Source of the DNA: an uncultured bacterium
GTDB lineage: Bacteria; Lernaellota; Lernaellaia; Lernaellales; Lernaellaceae
Direction: 5' to 3'
NCBI GenBank assembly: GCA_964534375.1
Contig: CAZHPN010000043.1
Coordinates: 1 to 36,328 of the forward strand
DNA: 36,328 nt
Positions 18,496 through 27,285 of this stretch are shown in pieces. Every line of letters begins with the position of its first letter. Position 1 is the first letter of the stretch. A program made the translations under genes and the position numbers. The notes beneath the pieces were generated by a model. That model ran no database searches. It was not told where the DNA came from and was given only the letters and a program-made list of their open reading frames with translations.

Positions 18496-18760
18496 GGTCG
18501 CGCTAGGCGGGGAGCCAGCGGTGCCCTGCACCCTCAATCCGCTATAGAGGGGCTGAATTCCCAACCGAGGCCTTAGCGCTCGGTTCGGGTCCGTTGCTTT
18601 GGGCCAAGCGGGTTGGGCCCCACGCGGCAGGCGCCTCCGAACCGTGTCAGATCCGGAAGGAAGCAGCACTAAGGAGGATAGTCTGGGCGCCGTGGGCAGC
18701 CTGATCTCGCCCCCAGGAGAAACGCCGGGTCGGGCGCGGGTCGACGAAGGGTGCGCGATC
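18496..18760 (+). ncRNA. ffs: Signal recognition particle RNA, large (Alu-domain) bacterial type
   Basis: 5' Alu part GCTAGGCGGGGAGCCAGCGGTGCCCTG...CAATCCGCTATAG..GGGCTGAATTCCC; helix 8 GAACCGTGTCAGATCCGGAAGGAAGCAGCACTAAG; 5' GTCGCGC pairs with 3' GCGCGAT; located upstream of dnaX as is common. Confidence 0.93.
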
Positions 18761-18860
18761 TGCCGACGCGCCAAGTGGGAACTTTAAACACAGAGAACAC
18801 GGAGGAAGACACGGAGGACGCAGAGATTTTGGATTGGATTTCAGGACGAGGAGATGAGGG

Positions 18861-19049
18861 TTGGAAATTAATGAGATTACGGGGGCGATCGTTGACGCCG
18901 CGGTAACAGTGCATCGAGCGTTGGGCCCCGGTCTTTTCGAAAGCGTCTATGAAGCTTGCATGATTCATGAGTTGAAGAGTCGCGGCTTGGCCGTATCCCC
19001 TCTCTGTACTACTATTGCCGCTTTTCATTGCGCGGCGAGAAGATTTTGA
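18861..19049 (+). pseudogene. Truncated GxxExxY family protein (PD-(D/E)XK-like)
   Basis: MEINEITGAIVDAAVTVHRALGPGLFESVYEACMIHELKSRGLAV is the canonical N-terminus with motif GLFESVY; similarity ends at about codon 45 of a normally ~125-130 aa protein. Confidence 0.85.
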
Positions 19050-19089
19050 CAGGATAACAGGATGGACAGGATTGACAGGATCGACAGGG
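19046..19089 (+). repeat. 9-mer tandem array (TTGACAGGA)x5
   Basis: ttgacagga taacagga tggacagga ttgacagga tcgacaggg. Confidence 0.85.
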
Positions 19090-19297
19090 GACGCAGAATC
19101 GTGCGCCGCGACAACGTGCTGCTTAACCCGCACGGTAGTCGCGGCGCACCATCCCTCTGTGCGTGTCCGGCCTTTGCGCTCTTCGCGTCTTTGCGGTGCA
19201 ATTCCTGTTCGTCCTCTGCGTCCTTCGCGTCCTCTGCGGTTGAATTCTTTGGTTGCGGCCGAAGGCCGCGCTAAGTTCTCTGTGTTTAGGTGCGAAA

Positions 19298-21028
19298 ATG
19301 TCCTATTTGGTTCTGGCCCGCAAATACCGCCCGCAGACCTTCGCCGATCTCGTCGGCCAGGAGCACGTCACCCGCACGTTGACCAACGCCATCAAACTCG
19401 GGCGCATCGCGCACGGCTATCTGTTCACCGGCACGCGCGGCGTGGGCAAGACGACCGTCGCGCGCATTTTCGCGAAGGCGCTGAACTGCGAGACCGCCGG
19501 TCGGCCGACGCCGGAGCCCTGCGGCGAGTGCCGCTCGTGCCGCGAAATCGCCGCCTCCAACAGCCCGGACGTTTTTGAAATCGACGCCGCCTCGAACACT
19601 GGCGTCGACGACATGCGCGAACTGCGCGAGAACGTCAAGTACATGCCCTCGCGCGGCCGGTACAAGGTCTACATCATCGACGAAGTCCACATGCTGTCGA
19701 AGAACGCCTTCAACGCGCTGCTCAAAACGCTCGAAGAGCCGCCGCCGCACGTGGTCTTCCTGTTCGCCACGACCGAGCCGCACAAGATTCCGGACACGGT
19801 GCTGTCGCGCACGCAGCAATTCGAATTCAAGATGATCCCGCTGGGCGAGATCGCCGCCTACCTGAAAAAACTGATGGACGCCGAGCAGCTCGCCGTCTCG
19901 GCCGACGTGCTAATGCTGGTCGCCCGCAAGGCCGCCGGCAGCGTCCGCGACGCGCTTTCCTATATGGATCAAGTGCTCAGCTTCGGGCACGAGCGGCCGT
20001 TGGCGGAAATCGCCGAGGCGCTCGGCGCGGTCGATCGCCAGGCGTTGCTCGACATTTCCGCGGCGGTGCTGGCCGCCGACCCGGTCGCCGTGCTCGACGT
20101 CTGGGAACGGCTGGGCGCCTCCAATTGGGACGTCAAGGATTTGCTCGCCGACCTGATCGAGCATTTTCGCAACCTCGTCGTCGTCAAGCTCGCGCGCCGG
20201 CCGCAGCGGCTGATCGACGCCGGCGACGTCGAACTGGCCGCGCTGGCCGCGCAAGTGAAAGACGTCGCCCTGGATACGCTCGAACACTTGTTCAACCTGC
20301 TGGGCGAATCCGAGGAACTGATTTTGCGCGGCGGCCAACCGCGGCTCGTGCTGGAAATGACCCTGGTCCGCCTCGCGCAGGGGGCGAAGGTCAGCTCGCT
20401 GGATCGGCTGGTCGACCGCCTCATCGAACTCAAGGCGAGCCTGGGCTCGGGCGGCGAATCGGGTCCGGCCGCCGCCACGCCCGCATCGCCGGGCGCGCCG
20501 CAAACCCCCGCACCGCCGGGCGGCCGACGCAGCGCCGAGGCGCCGCCGGTCGACGAGGCCCCGCGGCCGGGCAGCCGGCGTAGCGCCGAGTCGCCGCCGG
20601 TCGACGAGGCCCCGCCGCCGGACCCGCAGGCCGATCCGCGCGGCGCATTTCTGCGAGCGCTCAAGCAAAAGCAGGCGTTTCTTGCCATCACGCTCGGCGA
20701 CAACCTGGTTGAGTTGCGCGACCGCCGCTTGCGCATTTCGCTGCCGCCCGGTTTTATGTACAAGTCGTTCGAACGCGACACGGAATTGGTGGCGGGCGTG
20801 GTTAAGAATGTGTTCGGACCGGATGCGACGGTGGAGCTGATCGAGCTGCCGGCGGCGCCGGTCGCGAACGCCGCGCCGGATCCCTGGCAGGAGCGCAAGG
20901 CGGCGCAGGAACGTCAGCGCGCGCTGGAACGCGAGACGCTGGCGCATCCGGCGGTGCAGTGGGTGATGGAACTGTTCCCCGAGGCCGACGTGAATGTCAG
21001 AACGACGGAGCCCGCGGACAAGCAGTGA
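19298..21028 (+). CDS. dnaX: DNA polymerase III subunit gamma/tau
   Basis: MSYLVLARKYRPQTF, GTRGVGKTT, zinc Cys motif, EIDAASN, IIDEVHMLS, NALLKTLEEPP. Confidence 0.97.
   Translation: MSYLVLARKYRPQTFADLVGQEHVTRTLTNAIKLGRIAHGYLFTGTRGVGKTTVARIFAKALNCETAGRPTPEPCGECRSCREIAASNSPDVFEIDAASNTGVDDMRELRENVKYMPSRGRYKVYIIDEVHMLSKNAFNALLKTLEEPPPHVVFLFATTEPHKIPDTVLSRTQQFEFKMIPLGEIAAYLKKLMDAEQLAVSADVLMLVARKAAGSVRDALSYMDQVLSFGHERPLAEIAEALGAVDRQALLDISAAVLAADPVAVLDVWERLGASNWDVKDLLADLIEHFRNLVVVKLARRPQRLIDAGDVELAALAAQVKDVALDTLEHLFNLLGESEELILRGGQPRLVLEMTLVRLAQGAKVSSLDRLVDRLIELKASLGSGGESGPAAATPASPGAPQTPAPPGGRRSAEAPPVDEAPRPGSRRSAESPPVDEAPPPDPQADPRGAFLRALKQKQAFLAITLGDNLVELRDRRLRISLPPGFMYKSFERDTELVAGVVKNVFGPDATVELIELPAAPVANAAPDPWQERKAAQERQRALERETLAHPAVQWVMELFPEADVNVRTTEPADKQ
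20516..20617 (+). repeat. 51-bp in-frame tandem duplication in the DnaX linker
   Basis: PGGRRSAEAPPVDEAPR / PGSRRSAESPPVDEAPP. Confidence 0.85.
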
Positions 21029-21039
21029 AGGAGGATTTC

Positions 21040-21357
21040 ATGTCGAAGGGCGGATTGGGCAACATCATGAAAATGGCGCAGCAGGCGCAGCAAAAGATGT
21101 TGCAGGTGCAAGAGGAACTGGCCGCCAAGCGCGTCGAGGCGACCGCCGGCGGCGGCATGGTCACGGCGATCGTCAACGGCAAGCAGGAACTGATTTCGTT
21201 GCGCATTGAGAAGGACGCCGTCGACCCCAACGACGTGGAAATGCTGCAAGACCTGATCGTCGCCGCGGTCAACGAAGCGCTGCGCAAGGCGCAGGAAATG
21301 ATTGCCGCCGAAATGCAGAAGGTGACCGGCGGCCTCAACATCCCGGGGCTCTTCTAA
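21040..21357 (+). CDS. ybaB: YbaB/EbfC nucleoid-associated protein
   Basis: GGAGG RBS; MKMAQQAQQKM, ATAGGGMVT, DVEMLQDLIVAAVNEA, GGLNIPGLF; dnaX-ybaB-recR synteny. Confidence 0.95.
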   Translation: MSKGGLGNIMKMAQQAQQKMLQVQEELAAKRVEATAGGGMVTAIVNGKQELISLRIEKDAVDPNDVEMLQDLIVAAVNEALRKAQEMIAAEMQKVTGGLNIPGLF

Positions 21358-21441
21358 TGGCGAATTTCGAATGGCGAATGGCGAATTCAGCCCACGAAAC
21401 TGTCCGAGATTCGCAATTCGCAATTCGCAATTCGCAATTCG
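21356..21441. repeat. Inverted pair of heptamer arrays (AATGGCG)n / (ATTCGCA)n
   Basis: 21356-21388 and 21409-21441 are approximately complementary and fill the ybaB-recR gap. Confidence 0.88.
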
Positions 21442-21453
21442 GGAAATGCACGA

Positions 21454-22053
21454 ATGCTTTTTGACCAAGGCCCATTGAAAGACCTCGTCGCGCAGCTTAC
21501 CAAGCTGCCCGGCATCGGCCGCAAGTCGGCCGAGCGGCTGGCGATGCACCTGCTGCGCGCGCCGACGGCCGACGTGCACGCGCTCGCGGCGGCGATGCTG
21601 GAGGTCAAAGAACGAATCCAGCTTTGCCGGGTTTGCTTCAACCTCACCGAAACGCAGCCGTGCGCCATTTGCAGCGACGAAGCCCGCCGCGCCGAGGCCG
21701 TGTGCGTCGTCGAGCAGCCGCAGGATGTCGTGGCGTTCGAAAAGACGCGCGCCTACGACGGGAAGTATCACGTGCTGCACGGCGCGCTCTCGCCGCTGGA
21801 AAACATCGGCCCCGACCACTTGCGGATCGCCGAGTTGCTGGCCCGCGTCGACGCCGGCGGGATTCGCGAGGTCATTCTCGCCACCAATCCGAATCGCGAC
21901 GGCGAGGCCACGGCCTCGTACCTGGCCGAATTGCTCGCCGGCCGGCCGGTCGAGGTCACGCGCATTGCGCACGGCGTGCCGGTCGGCTCCGACCTCGAAT
22001 ACGCCGACAGCGTCACGCTCAAACTAAGCTTGCAAGGCCGCCGCAAGATGTGA
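21454..22053 (+). CDS. recR: Recombination protein RecR
   Basis: LPGIGRKSAERLA, C4 zinc finger, YHVLHGALSPL, EVILATNP..GEATA, IAHGVPVGSDLEYAD. Confidence 0.97.
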   Translation: MLFDQGPLKDLVAQLTKLPGIGRKSAERLAMHLLRAPTADVHALAAAMLEVKERIQLCRVCFNLTETQPCAICSDEARRAEAVCVVEQPQDVVAFEKTRAYDGKYHVLHGALSPLENIGPDHLRIAELLARVDAGGIREVILATNPNRDGEATASYLAELLAGRPVEVTRIAHGVPVGSDLEYADSVTLKLSLQGRRKM

Positions 22054-22069
22054 GGCGGCGGCGCCCGCT

Positions 22070-24157
22070 TCACTGCATCGCATCCAGCGCATACTCATTC
22101 GGATTTGTTCCCGCCGGGCGCAGCGCGACGCCGCGGTCGGCCAGCGCTTCGCGCAACAAGGCGAACGACGCGGGGTCGTCGTCGTTGGTGAAGCGGTTGC
22201 ACGTGCTCATCAGATGCAGCGCCTTGCCTTCGTAAAAGCCGCGCCGCCACGCGGCCGCGAGTTCCGGCGAAGGCTCGACGGCGAACGCGTGCGCCCAGAA
22301 GGCGACGAACTTCTGCGCGTCGGCGGATTTCCAAGCCGTCGGATTGCGGCCCCAGAGCAGGCCTTGGCCGCGAACGAACGCGAGCAGCGCCGCGCCGGCT
22401 TCGAGCTGCGGAACCATCGCGAACAATTGGCGGATGCCGGGCGCCGGCGCCGCCTCGTTGTCGCGACCCGCGCCCTCCGCCAACGCCCGCCGCACCAGGG
22501 ATTCAAAGCCGCCCGCGGCAAGGTCGATCCCGCCGAATCCGTACCCGACGCCGGCGGCGAACTCCGTCGCCGCCTCCGGCTCGAGCCGCGCGGCCGACGC
22601 TGCGGCGGCCGCCAATTCGTGCCGGAGTTCCTCCGCCTGGGCGCCGCTCGTGTCGATGTACGTCTGGCGCACCCGGCCGCCGACGCCGACGCCCGCGCCG
22701 AAGGCGATCGCGTTGCGGCCGGCGACGCGCCACGCCGGATCGTCGTCGAGCGCCGCCAGGATCTCCGCCGGCGGCGACGCGGCGCCGAAGCCCGCCCACG
22801 CCCAGTCCCGCCACGCCGGCGGCAGTTTGGCGACCGACGCGGCCTGCCGGGCGAAGTCGCCCTGCCAATAGCGGCCCAGCGCTACGTAGGCGAATTGCGC
22901 GAAATTGTCGCCGCGCCAGTTCGCCATCCGGCGCCAGTTGTCCGCCATCGTCGCCGCCTGCGGCAGCGGCGTGAGGACGTTGCAGAGCCCAACGACGAGA
23001 AACGGCGTTGCCGCCGGCCAGCGTATGCCGCGGGGCAGGGCGTGAACGAGCAGCACGACGATGGCGACGATCGCCGGATAGATCGGCAGCAGATAGCGGA
23101 ACTCGAACGGGTGGCCCGACAGGCTGTAGGCCGCCAGCCAGACGGTCAACTGCGCCGCCAGCAGCCGGAGCAACCATTTGTCCGGCGCCGCCGCGCCGCG
23201 CGTGTTCTCCGGCGTGAGCGCTTTGACGATGGCCCACGCCAGACCAAGCAGGAAGCAGCCGTAGAACAAATACGAGAGCAACGGCGCCGCCGCGAGGTGT
23301 CCGCCGGGCGACGAAACGTTCCAATGCGCCACCAGTTCCTTCACGGGCGAAATGATGGTGGCGTCATAGGCCGCGAAATCGGGCAGCCGCCGAACGAACA
23401 AATCCGCCAGTTTGGCGAAAACGCGCCGCTCCGGCCCCGCGGCAAGATGCTGCGCCGCCGGTTGCCGTACGAGCAGCGCGTAACACACGGCGCCCGGCAG
23501 CAAAGCCCGGACCGCTCCCTTCCACCGCCAGCGCCAGACGACGATCGCCGCCGCCGCGGCGCCCAAGGCGAGGTTCTGCGGGCTGAAAAACGCGGCGTAA
23601 CCGGCGACGAGGCCGAGCGCCGCGCCCGCGAGATAGGTCGGCGCGTCGTCGCCCTGGCGCAGGATGAGCCACGTCAGCAAGCCGGAAAAGAACATGCATT
23701 CCAGGTGGCTGCCGAGCACCCAGATATGGAAGTCGCGCTCCAGACCAGGCGGCGGAAACGTGAAAAACAGCAGAAACATCGCCGCCGCGGAGAACCGGCG
23801 CACGTGATGGACGGCCAGCGTCCAAAAAACGACGCCGCCCAGCACGAACAAACCGCCGAGCAGCTTCACCCAGACATATTTCGATCCGAAAAAATAAAAG
23901 ACCGGGGCGAGCAGTACGCCGTAGGTCAGCGTGCCCGCGGCGTTGTTGGCGCGATAGCAGTCGAGCGGCGCGGCCAGACCGTGCCGCAACGCCGTCGCGA
24001 GGTTGCCCAGGTTGTTGGTGTCGGGATCGAGTTCGGAATAGTGGAAAAAACGCACCGCATACACCGCGACCCAGAGCGCGAACAAGACGCCAACCCACAC
24101 CGCGGTTTTCCGGTTCTGCAAAATCGGCGGGCCGGGCCGTGGGTCGGTGGCGGTCAT
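22070..24157 (-). CDS. Polytopic membrane protein, possible GT-C (ArnT/PMT-like) glycosyltransferase with C-terminal soluble domain
   Basis: About 11-12 TM segments, an acidic D-P-D after TM1, FRYLLPIYP motif; function inferred only. Confidence 0.6.
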   Translation of the reverse strand: MTATDPRPGPPILQNRKTAVWVGVLFALWVAVYAVRFFHYSELDPDTNNLGNLATALRHGLAAPLDCYRANNAAGTLTYGVLLAPVFYFFGSKYVWVKLLGGLFVLGGVVFWTLAVHHVRRFSAAAMFLLFFTFPPPGLERDFHIWVLGSHLECMFFSGLLTWLILRQGDDAPTYLAGAALGLVAGYAAFFSPQNLALGAAAAAIVVWRWRWKGAVRALLPGAVCYALLVRQPAAQHLAAGPERRVFAKLADLFVRRLPDFAAYDATIISPVKELVAHWNVSSPGGHLAAAPLLSYLFYGCFLLGLAWAIVKALTPENTRGAAAPDKWLLRLLAAQLTVWLAAYSLSGHPFEFRYLLPIYPAIVAIVVLLVHALPRGIRWPAATPFLVVGLCNVLTPLPQAATMADNWRRMANWRGDNFAQFAYVALGRYWQGDFARQAASVAKLPPAWRDWAWAGFGAASPPAEILAALDDDPAWRVAGRNAIAFGAGVGVGGRVRQTYIDTSGAQAEELRHELAAAAASAARLEPEAATEFAAGVGYGFGGIDLAAGGFESLVRRALAEGAGRDNEAAPAPGIRQLFAMVPQLEAGAALLAFVRGQGLLWGRNPTAWKSADAQKFVAFWAHAFAVEPSPELAAAWRRGFYEGKALHLMSTCNRFTNDDDPASFALLREALADRGVALRPAGTNPNEYALDAMQ

Positions 24158-24165
24158 TTGCGCCG

Positions 24166-24194
24166 ATCATAGGTTTGGCCGGCGGCAAAGACAA
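24166..24194 (-). promoter_or_regulatory. Putative sigma70 promoter (near-leaderless) of the membrane protein gene
   Basis: TTGTCT-N17-TATGAT ending 8 nt before ATG 24157. Confidence 0.55.
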
Positions 24195-24520
24195 TCGCGG
24201 CAGTGCGGCGAAGGAAGGGGGAAAAGGGAAAAAAGGGACAAGTCGGACGACGCCCGCCGGGTTCATCCAGGCGCGGGTCGATTTGGTGTTTTCGCACGCC
24301 GTTTTGGTTTTTCCGGTCTCGGCGACGGCTTGCGCGGCATGCGCGACAGCGTTAACTTACGGTTGAATTTTCGCTGAACTAGCGGCGTGTGTTTTTTATG
24401 GTCGCGACGATTGCAACGCTGAACATCACGGTGTTTTTGCCGCGACCTACGGGCCGCTTGGCGACCTGAACGCAACGGCAGGCAGAGGGGCCTGCCGTTA
24501 TTGGTTTAAAGGAGCGCTTC

Positions 24521-26077
24521 ATGTTCGGACCCTTCCGCAACGAACCGTTGAGCGATTTTTCGGACCCGCAGAACAAAGCCGCGATGGAGAACGCCCTCGG
24601 CCACATCGAGGCCGAGGCGAAATCCGCCCGGCCGCATCCGCTAATCATTGGCGGCAAGCCGCTCAAGACCGCGGAGACCTTCCAAACTTTCAATCCGTCG
24701 AACCCGCAGCAGGCGTTGGGCGCGTTCGCCAAGGCCGGCGCCGCGGATGCGCGGCTGGCCATCGCCGCCGCCGAGAAAGCCTTTCCCGCCTGGGCCGCCG
24801 AGCCCATGCAAAAGCGGGCCGAGATCCTGCGGCGCGCCGCCGAACTGATGCGCAAGTACAAGTTCGAATTGTCCGCCGTGATGACGCTGGAAGGCGGCAA
24901 GAACTGGGTCGAGGCCGACGCCGACACGGCCGAGGCGATTGACTTCTGCGAATACTACGCCCGCGACGCCCTGAACTGGGCCGCCGGCATGGCCGTTTCG
25001 TATTACCCGGGCGAACGCAACGAAACGTTTTATGCGCCGCTGGGCGTGATCAGCGTCATCCCGCCGTGGAACTTCCCCTGCGCGATTCTCACCGGCATGA
25101 CCGTCGCCGCGCTCGTCACCGGCAACACGGTTTGTTTGAAACCGTCTTCCGAAACGCCGCTCATCGGCTGGAAAGTGGCGCAGATTCTCTTCGAGGCGGG
25201 CGTGCCGGCCGGCGTGCTCAATTTCGTCCCCGGCCCCGGCGCGACGTGCGGCGAGGAACTCGTCGTCAACCCGCGCGTGCGAGCGATCTGCTTCACCGGC
25301 TCGAAAGAGGTGGGGCTGGGCATCGTCGAAAAAGCGGCGAAGCATCAACCCGGCCAGAAATGGATCAAGCGCGTCGTCGCCGAAATGGGCGGCAAAGACA
25401 CGCTGATCGTCGACGAGACGGCCGACCTCGACAAAGCCGCGATGGCTGCGGTCACCAGCGCCTTCGGTTACCAGGGGCAAAAGTGCTCAGCCTGCAGCCG
25501 CGTTGTGATCGTCGAGGACGTGTACGAAAAATTCGTGGAGAAGCTGCTCACGCACGCGGGCAACATCACGGTGGGGCCGGTCGTCGATCCGGGCAATTAC
25601 ATGGGGCCGGTGATCAACGCCGCCTCGCTGAAGAAAGTGCTCGAGTACGTGGCGATCGGCCGGAAAACCGCGAAGGTGATCCACGGCGGCGCCAAGCTCG
25701 AACTGGATGGCGGCTACTTCGTCGAGCCGACCATCGTCGATCGCGTCAAACCGGGGTCGCCGCTCGATCAGGAAGAAATCTTCGGGCCGGTGCTGTCGCT
25801 GCTGCGCGCGCGCGACTTCGACCACGCGCTGGCGCTGGCCAACGCGACCGAGTTCGGCCTGACCGGCGGCCTGATCTCGACCAGTCGCGAGCGCATCGAA
25901 CGCGCCCGTCGCGAATTTTTCGTCGGCAACCTTTACGTCAATCGCAAGATCACCGGCGCGCTCGTCGGCGTGCAGCCGTTCGGCGGCTTCAACATGAGCG
26001 GCACCGACTCGAAAGCGGGCGGCGCCGATTACCTCGGTCTGTTCCTGCAAGCGAAGAGTTACACCGAACGGTTCTGA
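24521..26077 (+). CDS. pruA: L-glutamate gamma-semialdehyde (P5C) dehydrogenase, RocA/PruA type
   Basis: [81 protein letters not shown]. Confidence 0.93.
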   Translation: MFGPFRNEPLSDFSDPQNKAAMENALGHIEAEAKSARPHPLIIGGKPLKTAETFQTFNPSNPQQALGAFAKAGAADARLAIAAAEKAFPAWAAEPMQKRAEILRRAAELMRKYKFELSAVMTLEGGKNWVEADADTAEAIDFCEYYARDALNWAAGMAVSYYPGERNETFYAPLGVISVIPPWNFPCAILTGMTVAALVTGNTVCLKPSSETPLIGWKVAQILFEAGVPAGVLNFVPGPGATCGEELVVNPRVRAICFTGSKEVGLGIVEKAAKHQPGQKWIKRVVAEMGGKDTLIVDETADLDKAAMAAVTSAFGYQGQKCSACSRVVIVEDVYEKFVEKLLTHAGNITVGPVVDPGNYMGPVINAASLKKVLEYVAIGRKTAKVIHGGAKLELDGGYFVEPTIVDRVKPGSPLDQEEIFGPVLSLLRARDFDHALALANATEFGLTGGLISTSRERIERARREFFVGNLYVNRKITGALVGVQPFGGFNMSGTDSKAGGADYLGLFLQAKSYTERF

Positions 26078-26081
26078 TCGC

Positions 26082-26963
26082 CTACGCCCGTTTTTCGGCG
26101 ACGACGATGCGGCAATCAAAGTCCCGCAAGCATTGGCCGCGGCCGTACGCCGCGCCGATCTCGTAAAGCGAGCGTTGCGTTCCGGCCCAGCCGGCCGCGG
26201 CGAGCATCGCCAGGCCGTCGTCGCGGCTGGTGAAACAGGAACGCTGCCAGCGATTGCCGCCGGTTTCGCGCGGCGCGCCGCCAAACGCCACGATGGCCTC
26301 GGCGACCGAACGGTCCGACATGGTGGCGGCGAACTTGCTCCCCGCCGCGGAAATGGCCGCCGTCTCGCACACCAGCGACTTCGCCACGGCTTCGCTCAAA
26401 TAGGGCAAAAGGCCCTCCGCCACCCAGATCGTCGGTTGGGCGGGGTCGAATCCCGCCGCGAGCAGAGCGGGGATGAGGGCTTTCTCCGCAAAGTCGATCT
26501 CCACGGGCACGACGCGCTCGGCCGTCGGTCCAATGCCGCGGGCCCGCAGCAACTCGGTCTTGGCCGGAAACAGCGCGGCCTGATCCGCTTCATAGACCGC
26601 GGCGCAACGCATCTCGCGCAGCCGGTAAGCGCGAGAATCGTAACCCGCGCCGAGAAAGACGGCCTGCGCCGGCGGCCTGCCGTTCGCGTGCGGCGAGCCG
26701 TCCGCCAGAAACCGCGAAAGAAAGGCAACGCATTCTTCGTCGAAGCAGCGCGTTCGCACCGCCATCATTTCCGTAAGAAATGCGCGCTGCCGCGCGTTCA
26801 TTGCCGCGACGCGCGATTGCGCTTCGTCGCCCGCGAAAAACGCCGCGCACTCGTCGACGACCAGCGCCGCCGCGCCTTTTTCCGCCTCGAGCGCGCGAAA
26901 CGCCGCCGCCACATTGGCCGTGGCGAGCACGCGCCGCCGTTCCTCGATCCGCGCTTCGTTCAT
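26082..26963 (-). CDS. SAM-dependent methyltransferase, LCM/TIGR00027-like family
   Basis: TANVAAAFRALE, VRTRCFDE, VFLGAGYDSRAYRL, WVAEGLLPYL. Confidence 0.88.
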   Translation of the reverse strand: MNEARIEERRRVLATANVAAAFRALEAEKGAAALVVDECAAFFAGDEAQSRVAAMNARQRAFLTEMMAVRTRCFDEECVAFLSRFLADGSPHANGRPPAQAVFLGAGYDSRAYRLREMRCAAVYEADQAALFPAKTELLRARGIGPTAERVVPVEIDFAEKALIPALLAAGFDPAQPTIWVAEGLLPYLSEAVAKSLVCETAAISAAGSKFAATMSDRSVAEAIVAFGGAPRETGGNRWQRSCFTSRDDGLAMLAAAGWAGTQRSLYEIGAAYGRGQCLRDFDCRIVVAEKRA

Positions 26964-26979
26964 GGTCGGTCTCCGAAGA

Positions 26980-27099
26980 CGGTTCGACGACCGGCGCCGC
27001 CCCGCCCTTTTTCGCCGCCGACGCGCGAAATGCCGCCGCCGGATCGGCCGTGTCCATCGCCCATCGCCGCGTCTCGGGAATAGGCCTATTTATTGTCAT
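26980..27099 (-). pseudogene. Remnant N-terminus of a tandem methyltransferase paralog
   Basis: 26984-27076 aligns ungapped with 26854-26946 (about 75% nt by manual count); encodes RRWAMDTADPAAAFRASAAKKGGAAPVVE versus RRRVLATANVAAAFRALEAEKGAAALVVD. Confidence 0.65.
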
Positions 27100-27285
27100 A
27101 TTCGGCTGCCGGTAATTGTGATTAGAAAAATAACATTAATGTGCGCGGATGGCCAGGCCCGCGCGCATCGCGATGGCGCACTATAATTGTACGCGATTTT
27201 GGACGATCGGAACGAAGCGGCGCGCCGCGCGCCGGCCCCCCGCAAGCATTGACCTTTCCGGCGTTTCGGATGCAGACTAGACGCC

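Larger units (their letters stand above)
18785..19288. mobile_element. Decayed repeat-bounded element carrying a GxxExxY fragment; 14-bp perfect terminal inverted repeats
   Basis: TAAACACAGAGAAC (18785-18798) and GTTCTCTGTGTTTA (19275-19288); internal 9-mer arrays and a truncated ORF; lower GC than flanks. Mobility is inferred. Confidence 0.55.

Noticed and set aside
19861..19872. dnaX programmed frameshift at an A-run (GAAAAAAC)
   Set aside because: It lies inside the AAA+ region, is not the A AAA AAG slippery site, and is far from the gamma/tau boundary.
24208..24245. Purine-rich stretch GAAGGAAGGGGGAAAAGGGAAAAAAGGGACAAG as another repeat element
   Set aside because: Loosely 9-periodic but too degenerate, with no clear complementary arm.
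24459..24474. Sigma54 promoter upstream of pruA (TGGCGACCTGAACGCA)
   Set aside because: Only the GG-N10-GC core matches; too weak in GC-rich DNA.
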